A stretch of 63,218 bases of DNA, filler included, from Octopus bimaculoides (taxonomy: Eukaryota): assembly GCF_001194135.2 (NCBI RefSeq). It is 9 parts of 9 records of this genome, joined end to end, with 100 filler letters (N's around TTAATTAATTAA, not from the genome) between each part and the next. Parts side by side here need not be neighbours in the genome. Positions count along the whole stretch, not along the records: positions 1 to 13,672 come from NC_068986.1; 8 more parts are not named here. One strand, given 5' to 3'. Of this stretch, positions 1-9,998 are shown in pieces. The translations under genes were made by a program, and so were the position numbers. The notes under the pieces were generated by a model. The model was not told the DNA's origin and ran no database searches. It worked only from the letters and a program-made list of their open reading frames with translations. Each line of letters starts with the position of its first letter. Position 1 is the stretch's first letter.

Positions 1-180
1 GGCAGCGGACTCGCTGTCATAGGATCGCGGTTTCGATTCCCAGACCGGGCGTTGTGAGTGTTTATTGAGCGAAAACACCTAAAGCTCCACGAGGCTCCGG
101 CAGGGGATGGTGGTGAACCCTGCTGTTCTGTTGATCGGATCAACTGAAACCCTCGACCTCGTAAGCGACGGAGTGCCAAC
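1..180 (+). mobile_element. tRNA-derived SINE with an internal deletion
   Basis: B box GGTTTCGATTCC; head and tail match 59900-60268. Confidence 0.85.
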
Positions 181-402
181 AATATATATATATACATACA
201 TACATACTGGGCGTAGGTTATTTTTGTGGTGGGGTTATACAGAAATCCATCTTTTCGACTGCAGAGATTCCGAATCTGCAAAAAAAATCAGCATTTCAAA
301 ATTTTCAGTTGGTACTAATTCTATTATATAAAAAAAACTTGTGATATACTTAGTAACACCAAAAATTCTATAACTGATAACTACAATTATCAGAATAACC
401 AA

Positions 403-790
403 GAAGTAGTATACCAAGCAACAATTATAACCAATAATTTTCTCTAAATATATATATACATTGGTTGTACGAAGAATGCTTTAAAATTAAGAATAAATAA
501 TCGTAAATCCTCCTTTAATGACCCTAGAAAATAGAATACCACAGATCTATCTAAAAAAGTTTGGCAACTCAAAAGAAGCAATATAGATTCTTCAATTTCT
601 TGGAAAATCCTATCCTCAACCCCATCTTATAGATATAATAACAAAATCTCTAAATTATGCCTGGAAGAGAGTTATAATATAATGAAAATGAATGGTCTCC
701 TCCTTATTAATTCTAGGGATGAAAAAACTTTTTCATGTAGACATGTGTCCAAATTCCTTCTTATTAATCTTAATATTTCCCCCCACCTAC
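403..790 (+). mobile_element. Penelope-like element GIY-YIG endonuclease remnant (Naiad-type)
   Basis: Disrupted frame VVYQATI...YIGCTKNALKLRINNRKSSF..*NTTDLSKKVWQLK...SWKIL...LCLEE...INSRDE..CRH. Confidence 0.75.
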
Positions 791-1498
791 CTTTAATTTT
801 TTAATCTTTTTCCTTCTCTTTCTAATAAATCTTTTTCTTTAAATACCTCTCACTATATATTAACCTTCTCTATGGTATCAGATCATTATTCTTATAATAC
901 TCTGCACATCAATTCATCTTATACATGGATATATATTTATTATTTAACCCACCCCCCTTATGACCCACCTTACATTGATCTAACATCTTTTCCAAATCTC
1001 CATACACATCCTTTTCTCTCAATATATTCTTTGATCTTCCCTTACTATATATATACATATACCTTTCTTTTCTATAATTTATTTCTTTTGCATAATATGT
1101 ACTTAAATACACCCCTTTCTTACCTATTCCAATTTTTATTACTTAATGTTAATTGCCAATCTACTTGATACTTAATTACTTCTTACAACTGATATATGCA
1201 AACACTTCTCGGTGTCCAATTTGCCCATATATATATATTTTTTTTCCTTTCGTTTTACTTTCTTCTTTGTAATTTATTCCATTTGCATAATGTGTATTTT
1301 ATAACCTACCTCTCTTAACTATTCCAATTATTATAGTTTAAGGTTACTGCCATTCTACCTGATATTTAATTACATCTTTCAGCTGATATATGCACACACA
1401 TGTAATAATAATTCTTGGTAACCAACTTGTCTACAAAATGTATGCACTTATAGATATCGTTTTTTATTTACCATTTTGTGTTGTAGATCTAACTGATT

Positions 1499-1500
1499 TA

Positions 1501-1585
<85 letters not shown>

Positions 1586-1586
1586 T
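1499..1586. repeat. (TAT)n microsatellite (representative of dozens of TA, TG, GA, AAT, TAG, GAT, TACA and TAGA arrays)
   Basis: Direct reading. Most assembly gaps are bordered by such arrays. Confidence 0.98.
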
Positions 1587-1589
1587 TAT

Positions 1590-2452
1590 GTTTGACTTTT
1601 GTTTTGCATTTGTACAAGTTGGATCCAAGTCTCACCNNNNNNNNNNNNNNNNNNNNNNNNNNNNNNNNNNNNNNNNNNNNNNNNNNNNNNNNNNNNNNNN
1701 NNNNNNNNNNNNNNNNNNNNNNNNNNNNNNNNNNNNNNNNNNNNNNNNNNNNNNNNNNNNNNNNNNNNNNNNNNNNNNNNNNNNNNNNNNNNNNNNNNNN
1801 NNNNNNNNNNNNNNNNNNNNNNNNNNNNNNNNNNNNNNNNNNNNNNNNNNNNNNNNNNNNNNNNNNNNNNNNNNNNNNNNNNNNNNNNNNNNNNNNNNNN
1901 NNNNNNNTATTTCAAGATCTTAATATTTGCTCAAATTTTGGTAGGTCTTGACAGATACGTTTGTATCGATTGGGACAGTCATATCAATGAGGAGGCATGA
2001 TTTTTGTCTGAAGTCTTTCAGTATGAGATCTGGCCTATTTGCATCTATCTTTCTGTCAGTTTGAATGGTGAAGTTCCAGAGGAGTGCCATGTGATCATTT
2101 TCAAGTACTGGGGGTGGTTTGTGTTCCCACCAGTTTTTATTATGGGGCAAGTCCAGGTTTTTGCAAATTACCTACTGAATATATTGTGCAGCTCTATCAT
2201 GCCTGTTGAGATACTCTGTAGGCGAAAGCAAACTGCACATAGAGAAAATATGATCGATGGTCTCATTTTGTTGTTGGCAAATACGACATGATGGGGAGCT
2301 GCCGTTCTTTAATATGTTGGCCTGGTAGTTCTTTGTAGGTAGGCATTGATAATGGGCAGCTATGAAAAAGCCCTCTGTTTCTGATTTCAAGCAAGAGGCC
2401 ATTAGCCATTGAGGACTAAGGGCGGTGTCAGTATCTGCATTAATCGCTGTCT
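1590..2452 (-). mobile_element. R4/Dong-type non-LTR retrotransposon 3' end (Zn knuckle + restriction-like endonuclease)
   Basis: LKSETEGF..A...CRICQQQNETIDHIFSMC...RHD; NRPDL...LIDMTVP. The 3' end abuts (AAT)n. Confidence 0.85.
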
Positions 2453-2492
2453 TTGGGTATTATTATTATTATTATTATTATTACTACAACAA

Positions 2493-2557
<65 letters not shown>

Positions 2558-2558
<1 letters not shown>

Positions 2559-3526
2559 TCAACCATCTAGCCTATATTAACCCACAAGACTTCAAAATGA
2601 ATAGTGGGTTTTGCAAAAATGAAAACTATCAAAAAGTGTCAAAAAACGACTGCAAATCAGGAAATTAGCATTTTCAAGTTTTGTTGGTAGCCTATATTAA
2701 CCCACTATACTTCATAATGAATAGTGGTTTTTGCAAAAATGAAAACTATCAAAAAGTGTCAAAAATCGATTGGATATTACCGAATTACAATTTTCAAGTT
2801 TTGTTGATTTTTCATGGTTATTTGGAAAATTTTGTGAGTTTGAGTTTTGTGAAAATGGTTGTGACTTCTGTGAACTATTTGATAAATATAATTTCTTCAT
2901 CAACCATCTAGCCTATGCAAGAATGCAAACTATCTAAAAGTGTCAAACACGACTAGAAATCACGAAATTTAGAATTTTAAAGTTTTGTTGGATTTTCATA
3001 GTTATTTGCAAGATTTGTGAGTTTGAGTTTTGTGAAAATGGTTGTGCCTTCCGTGAACTCTTTGATAAATATAATGATTTTATCAACCATATAGCCTATA
3101 TTAACCCACTAGACCACAAAACGAAGAGTGGATTTTGCAAAAATGAAATCTATCTAAATATGTCAAAAAACGAATGCAAATCACGAAATTAGCATTTTCA
3201 AGTTATGTCGGCTTTTCATGGTTATTTGCAAAATTTTGTGAGTTTGAGATTTGTGAAAATGGCAGTGACTTCGGTGAACTCTTTGATAAATATAATGTTT
3301 TCATGAACCATGTAGCCTATATTAACCCACTAGACTTCAAAATGAATAGTGATTTTCAAAAAAATGCAAAGTATATAACAGTGTCAAAAACCGACTACAA
3401 ATCACAAAATTAGCATTTTTAAGTTTTTTGGGTTTTTCATGGTTATTTGCAAAATTTTCTGAGTTTGAGTTGTGCAAAAATTGTTGTAACGCCGATGAAC
3501 TCATTGATAAATATAATGTTTTCATC
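2558..3526. repeat. 221-bp satellite-like tandem array (runs into a gap)
   Basis: Unit starts AT(C/G)AACCAT.TAGCCTAT at 3082, 3303 and 3524 (period 221); upstream units carry deletions. Confidence 0.9.
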
Positions 3527-3744
3527 NNNNNNNNNNNNNNNNNNNNNNNNNNNNNNNNNNNNNNNNNNNNNNNNNNNNNNNNNNNNNNNNNNNNNNNNNN
3601 NNNNNNNNNNNNNNNNNNNNNNNNNNATATATATATATATAAAACTGATTTAGAGACGAACCAATACTCTACAACTCAGTCTACTCAGAACCCATCCAAA
3701 TCCATGCTGTGAGGCATATACCCTCTTAATATATTTTAGATTTT

Positions 3745-4359
3745 AATGTAAAAAGTTAGTGTTAGTACATAGACTACGCACGTTTCATGGCTGAAATAGG
3801 ACTAAATAAATCATAAGCAAGTTCTGAGTTCATTAGAACGGGGAAATGATTTTACTCATGTGAACTTTTAGTATAAATTCTATAACGCATTCATTTTGGT
3901 TTAATCTACAGTTACCAGCCGGCAGATAAGTCATGTTTTCTTATTTTAATTTTAATTTTATAAACAATATTGACATCAATCTTTTAGTAACTTTATACAC
4001 TAACACAGATTTTTACTATTATATACTTATTCCATAATGTTTTAACCTTGTTTACTATAATACTCTTTTTCAATATTTTTAGATTGTAACTCTTAATAAT
4101 TATATTAATACCGTTAATTTAAGGATTAGTTTACAGATCTTGTCTCTTTATATATATTTTTATTTCTCATGTTTATGTTTATTCCTTGAATGATTTGAAG
4201 TATTTTCTTAGTGATTTGAACTGAAGAGTGACTGATTTTGGGAGTAAAATCATTTCCCCATTCTAATGAACTTAGATAGAACTTGCTTATGATTTTATAT
4301 AGTCCTATTTTAGCCATGAAACGCGCGTAGTCTATGTACTAGCACTAACTTTTTACATT
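3745..4359. repeat. Inverted repeat, ~115-bp arms
   Basis: 3745-3857 is the reverse complement of 4242-4359, with few mismatches and small indels. Confidence 0.9.
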
Positions 4360-4892
4360 TATACTTCCATACTGTATATTATCGTATTAATTTTTACTGT
4401 CTAATTTATAATTTTAACTTTAAAATTTTTTTAAATTAATATTTCTATGATTTATTTATATGATTAATATGATTTATTTATGTAATATNNNNNNNNNNNN
4501 NNNNNNNNNNNNNNNNNNNNNNNNNNNNNNNNNNNNNNNNNNNNNNNNNNNNNNNNNNNNNNNNNNNNNNNNNNNNNNNNNNNNNNNNNNNNNNNNNNNN
4601 NNNNNNNNNNNNNNNNNNNNNNNNNNNNNNNNNNNNNNNNNNNNNNNNNNNNNNNNNNNNNNNNNNNNNNNNNNNNNNNNNNNNNNNNNNNNNNNNNNNN
4701 NNNNNNNNNNNNNNNNNNNNNNNNNNNNNNNNNNNNNNNNNNNNNNNNNNNNNNNNNNNNNNNNNNNNNNNNNNNNNNNNNNNNNNNNNNNNNNNNNNNN
4801 NNNNNNNNNNNNNNNNNNNNNNNNNNNNNNNNNNNNNNNNNNNNNNNNNNNNATATATATATATATAAGATATATATACTCTTGTACTCTTT

Positions 4893-5043
4893 TATTTCTT
4901 TCAGTTTCTGTCTACCAAATCCACTCACAAGGCTTTGGTTGGCCCGAGGCTATAGAAGACACTTGCCTAAGGTGCCATACAGTGGGACTGAACCCAAAAC
5001 CATGTGGTTGGTAAGCAAGCTACTTACCACACACCCACTCCTA
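4893..5043 (-). mobile_element. SINE, same family as 28550-28700
   Basis: Reverse-complement match. Confidence 0.8.
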
Positions 5044-5064
5044 CACCTATATATGTATAATATA

Positions 5065-5520
5065 TCATCATCATCGTTTAGCATCCGCTTTCCATGCTGG
5101 CATGAGTTGGACGGTTTGACTGAGGACTGGTGAGCCAGAGGCTACACCAGGTTCAATTTGGTCTGGCAAAGTTTCTACAGCTGGATGCCCTTCCTAATTT
5201 CAACCACACTGCGAGTGTAGTGGGCGCTTTTTACGCGCCACCGGCATGCAGTCCAGTTAGGTAGCCCTGGCAACAACCATAGTCAAAAGGTGTTTTTACG
5301 TGCATGGGAGCCAGTCCGGCAGCACTGGCAACGACCATGCTCAAATGGTTTTCATATGCTGGTAAGGCGACACTGGCTGCGATCATGCTTGAATGGTGCT
5401 TTTCACGTGTCACCAGCATGGGAGCCAATCCGTGGCATTGGCATAAGTCACACTCGGATGTGCTTTTAACATTCCACTGGCACAAGTGCCAATCAGGCAG
5501 TACTGTCATCCGCCACATCA
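5065..5520 (-). mobile_element. RTE-tail element (truncated LINE or RTE-dependent SINE)
   Basis: Same tail as 8830-9060, with internal degenerate subrepeats. Shorter copies at 7915-8100 and 13010-13130. Confidence 0.7.
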
Positions 5521-5559
5521 GCAATTTTGGTTTGTTCATACTTGCCTCAATAGGTCTTC

Positions 5560-5850
5560 GCAAGTAGCCATCCTGGTAATGGAAAGAGGTATCATCACTC
5601 ATGTCAATACCCAGGTCCCTCAGCGATTTAGGCTCTGGGATTGTAATTCCCTCTGGACCAGTGTACCCTTTAAGTTTCATATTTAGTAGCGCAGGGCTTG
5701 GAATTTTTCAGCATTAAACTTCATATTATTATCCTTGGTCCATCTGTAAATTGAGTCCAACTCCTGATGCAGATGGGCAACATCGCTGGGGTTCTGTATT
5801 TTCTAGGAGACTTTTCATATCGTCTGCGTATTCACCCTAGTTGGTCTGAG
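5560..5850 (-). mobile_element. CR1-type RT fragment
   Basis: YADD at ~5820; MKFNAEKFQALRY; YTGPEGITIPEPKSLRDLGIDMSDD. Confidence 0.75.
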
Positions 5851-5865
5851 TACAGACCAACGAAG

Positions 5866-7552
5866 ACAGGTGGTGTAAACAACAAACAGATGTATTAGTT
5901 TAATGCTCGGGAAGTGAAAAAGTCTTTAATGTTTCAAGCCTACGCTCTTCCACAGAAAGGAACACAGAAAGGAACACAGAAAGGAACACAGAAAGAAGCA
6001 AGGAGAGAAAATAAAGAATGTGTAGTGACTAGCGATCTATCATGACGAATGCCGGACAGAAGGGTCACACAGGGGAGCTAGGAAGGTGAGATAATAAAGT
6101 AGTGGTGATCTCAAAAGGAAGGTGCGCGTGCGTGTGTATAAGAGAGTATGTATGTGCATGAGGAAGAGGGCTGGTGACCTTGACGTGTGCGTGTGTGTAN
6201 NNNNNNNNNNNNNNNNNNNNNNNNNNNNNNNNNNNNNNNNNNNNNNNNNNNNNNNNNNNNNNNNNNNNNNNNNNNNNNNNNNNNNNNNNNNNNNNNNNNN
6301 NNNNNNNNNNNNNNNNNNNNNNNNNNNNNNNNNNNNNNNNNNNNNNNNNNNNNNNNNNNNNNNNNNNNNNNNNNNNNNNNNNNNNNNNNNNNNNNNNNNN
6401 NNNNNNNNNNNNNNNNNNNNNNNNNNNNNNNNNNNNNNNNNNNNNNNNNNNNNNNNNNNNNNNNNNNNNNNNNNNNNNNNNNNNNNNNNNNNNNNNNNNN
6501 NNNNNNNNNNNNNNNNNNNNNNNNNNNNNNNNNNNNNNNNNNNNNNNNNNNNNNNNNNNNNNNNNNNNNNNNNNNNNNNNNNNNNNNNNNNNNNNNNNNN
6601 NNNNNNNNNNNNNNNNNNNNNNNNNNNNNNNNNNNNNNNNNNNNNNNNNNNNNNNNNNNNNNNNNNNNNNNNNNNNNNNNNNNNNNNNNNNNNNNNNNNN
6701 NNNNNNNNNNNNNNNNNNNNNNNNNNNNNNNNNNNNNNNNNNNNNNNNNNNNNNNNNNNNNNNNNNNNNNNNNNNNNNNNNNNNNNNNNNNNNNNNNNNN
6801 NNNNNNNNNNNNNNNNNNNNNNNNNNNNNNNNNNNNNNNNNNNNNNNNNNNNNNNNNNNNNNNNNNNNNNNNNNNNNNNNNNNNNNNNNNNNNNNNNNNN
6901 NNNNNNNNNNNNNNNNNNGAGGAGAGGCGAGGGGAGGAGAGTTGAGCTCATGTGGTGCAAAGGAACAAAGAGAGAAAATTAATCCCTGTTCACAGCACAA
7001 ACGGGAGTCCGGATGGCTCCTGTGCAAGGACCATCCGAACACAGACAGGTGTTGCAAAGAGTGACTGGTAGAGCAGAAATGGCGTGAGACCAGGGTGTTA
7101 TTGCCAAGTCGGATGTCTCAGAGGTGTTCCGCGAACTGGTCAGCCAGCGGCGTCCCGTTTGCCTGATGTATAGAGAAGGGCAGAGAGATGCAGTAGATGA
7201 CATTAGTAGAAGTGCAGGTGAAGGAGTCAGTGATGTGATAGGGTCAATGATGGGTGCTGGTGAGGAGGGTGGTGTTATAGAGGTATGGGCAAGTGCAGCA
7301 GCATGGGCAGGAACAGTGGAACAAGCTGGGTTGGGAGGTTGGGTTAGAGAAGAAGCTATGGACCAAGAGGTCTCATAGGTTATGGGCTCATTTGAAGGAG
7401 GGGAGGGTTAGCGAAAATGTGCAAAGTGGAGGGGTCAGACTGTAGTTGCTATAAGGCTCAGAGAATGGTGCATTGGAGAGGTAGGGTGGTGGTGTGGTAG
7501 GTGAAGGAAAACGGGAAGCGGGAGACGGCGGGGCAGGTTCAGGGGAGAGAGA
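5866..7552 (-). mobile_element. Penelope-like retroelement 3' portion (linker + GIY-YIG + tail with HHR), gapped and degenerate
   Basis: Frameshifted SLCPSLYI(R)QTGRR... and QHLSVFGWSLHRSHPDSRLCCEQGLIFSLCSFAPHELN. The tail is shared with copies at 26.0, 27.5, 30.0, 48.4 and 54.1 kb. Confidence 0.8.
5923..5959 (-). ncRNA. Hammerhead-like motif (CUGUNGA family) in a Penelope 3' tail
   Basis: Reverse complement CCTTT-CTGTGGA-A-GAGCGTAGGCTT-GAAA-CATT-AAAGA; two CpG-type decays. Confidence 0.5.
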
Positions 7553-7880
7553 NNNNNNNNNNNNNNNNNNNNNNNNNNNNNNNNNNNNNNNNNNNNNNNN
7601 NNNNNNNNNNNNNNNNNNNNNNNNNNNNNNNNNNNNNNNNNNNNNNNNNNNNNNNNNNNNNNNNNNNNNNNNNNNNNNNNNNNNNNNNNNNNNNNNNNNN
7701 NNNNNNNNNNNNNNNNNNNNNNNNNNNNNNNNNNNNNNNNNNNNNNNNNNNNNNNNNNNNNNNNNNNNNNNNNNNNNNNNNNNNNNNNNNNNNNNNNNNN
7801 NNNNNNNNNNNNNNNNNNNNNNNNNNNNNNNNNNNNNNNNNNNNNNNNNNNNNNNNNNNNNNNNNNNNNNNNNNNNNNNN

Positions 7881-7912
<32 letters not shown>

Positions 7913-7914
7913 GC

Positions 7915-8100
7915 ATCATCATCATCATTTAACATCCAAGTTCCATGCTGGCATGGGTCGGATGGTTTGACAGGATCCAATGTGTCCAAGTACTGCATCA
8001 TGTTTAGTGTCTGCTTTTGCATGGTTTCTTCAGATGTATGCCCTTCCTAATACCAACCACTTTACAGCATGTACAGAGTGCATTTTTTGTGCAACCAGTA
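7915..8100 (-). mobile_element. RTE-tail element copy
   Basis: CATCATCAT...CCATGCTGGCATGGGTCGGATGG...GCCCTTCCTAATACCAACCAC. Confidence 0.7.
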
Positions 8101-8706
8101 CTACTGAGGTTGCCAAGCAGCTCCCAAGACCACAAGCTCCAAGGGAGAGTGGGGACTGTTTTATGCAAAGGAGTAAGAGATTAAAGTATGAGAAAAAAGT
8201 GGGAGGGGACAGAACAAGTTTTTGTAGTAGAGCTGCATGGCTACTCACATTTAGTAGAAGAGGAAGATCAGTAGGAGCTGTGAAGAGATAGATAATAGTG
8301 ATGAGGTATCCAGGTGACCCTTCAGGGCACAAGGTGAGTAGCATTGAATGGGGGCAGGCTTTGTAAGATTGTACAGAGAGCAGGAAGGAGATGAGGGTAT
8401 AAAGAGGCAGACTGCAGTGATACAAATTACTTCCAGAGTTAGGAAAGACAGAGGGATGCAGAAGAGAGCAGGGTGGTGGGTGAAGAGCAGCAAGATAGTA
8501 ATAATGATACACTTGACAGGGACCCACCACCATTACTTAACAACCAGTCTTGTTTACAACTCCATAAATTATGTAAGGGTGTTACAGTTCAGGGTCAAAA
8601 CACCTGATGAACGTTGCATACCATCTGATGACATCAGTCACTCTTGGCCAAGGCTCCATTCACTTTGGTGAATGGAAAAAGTACCTCCTTTTTATAGGTA
8701 TTATTA

Positions 8707-8784
<78 letters not shown>

Positions 8785-8829
8785 ATGTGTGTGTATGTAT
8801 ATATATTTTTACATCACATATAAATATAT

Positions 8830-9640
8830 ATCATCGTCATCATAATCATTTAGCGTTCATTGTCCATGCTGGCATGGGTTGGACGGTTTGACTGGGCTGG
8901 CATGCTGGAAGGCTGCACCAGACTCCAGTCTGGTTTGGCATGGTTTTCTATGACTGGACGCCCTCCTTAATACCAACCACTCTGAGAGTGTAATGGGTGC
9001 TTTTATGTGCCACTAGCATGGGTATCATTTGCATGACAGGAGGGTGTGTTTATGTGCCACTGGCATGGGTGCCAATTTGCATAACACCAGTATCTGTCAC
9101 AACTGCGATTTTGCTCATTTTGATGGGTCTTCTTCTCATGCATGACATAATACCAAAAGTCTTGGTCATTGCTTCCATGAGGCCCAATACTCAAAAGAAA
9201 CTCAGCCACTTTATCTCCGTCAAGCCCAACACTCAAGAAGATCTCAGCCACTTTGCCTCCATCAGGCCCAACACACGAAAAGAACTCAGCCACTTTGCTT
9301 CCGTGAGGCTCAACATTCAAAAGATGTTCTTTACATAACACCAGTACAAGTGCACTTGGCTTGACGGGTCCTCTCAAGCACAGTACATCGCCAAAGGTCT
9401 CAGTCACCAGTCATTACCTCTGTAAAGCTCAAAGTTCAAAGATCATGTTTCACCACCTCATCCCATATCTTCCTGGGTCCATCTCTACCACAAGTTCCCT
9501 CCAGAGTTAGAGATCGGCGCTTCTTTACACAGCTGTCCCGGTTCATATGCATTGCATGACCATGCCAGCACAGCCATCTCTCTTGCTCACCACATCTGAT
9601 TCCTCTTATGCCTAACTTTTCTCTCAAGATCCTTATATAT
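8830..9640 (-). mobile_element. RTE-clade LINE 3' end with (GAT)n-type tail
   Basis: REKLGIRGIRC..QERWLCWHGH..M...CVKK...GRDGPRKIWDEVVKHDL, continuous with the common tail ...CCGTCCAACCCATGCCAGCATGGA...GATGAT. Confidence 0.85.
9170..9335. repeat. Four 42-bp tandem units
   Basis: GCCACTTTGC(C/T)TCC(A/G)T(C/G)AGGCCCAACAC...AAAAGAACTCA repeated. Confidence 0.85.
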
Positions 9641-9671
9641 TATAACATCATATACACATATATAAATATAA

Positions 9672-9955
9672 ATATCCAGTTGAGTCCAGTTGATCTGATC
9701 AATGGAGCAGCCTACTTGTGAAATTAACATGCAAATGGCTGAGCATTCCACAGACATGTGTACCCTTAACATAGTTCTTTGAAAGATTCAGAATGACGCA
9801 AAGGGTGACAAGGCTGGCCTTTTGAGATATAGGTACTACTCATTTTTGCCAGCTGAGTGGGCTACAGCAACATGAAATAAAGTATCTTGCTGGGAAGTGA
9901 ACTCACAACCTTATAATTGTGAGCCGAATACCCTAACAACTTGGCCATGCACCTT
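9672..9955 (-). mobile_element. SINE, same family as 46630-46955
   Basis: Colinear match. Confidence 0.8.
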
Positions 9956-9956
9956 C

Positions 9957-9998
<42 letters not shown>

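Noticed and set aside
2558-3526. Regularly spaced repeats as a possible CRISPR array
   Set aside because: Eukaryotic context; whole 221-bp units are homologous, with no unique spacers and no cas genes.
8600-8640. Two CTGATGA motifs
   Set aside because: No downstream stem II/GAAA arrangement.
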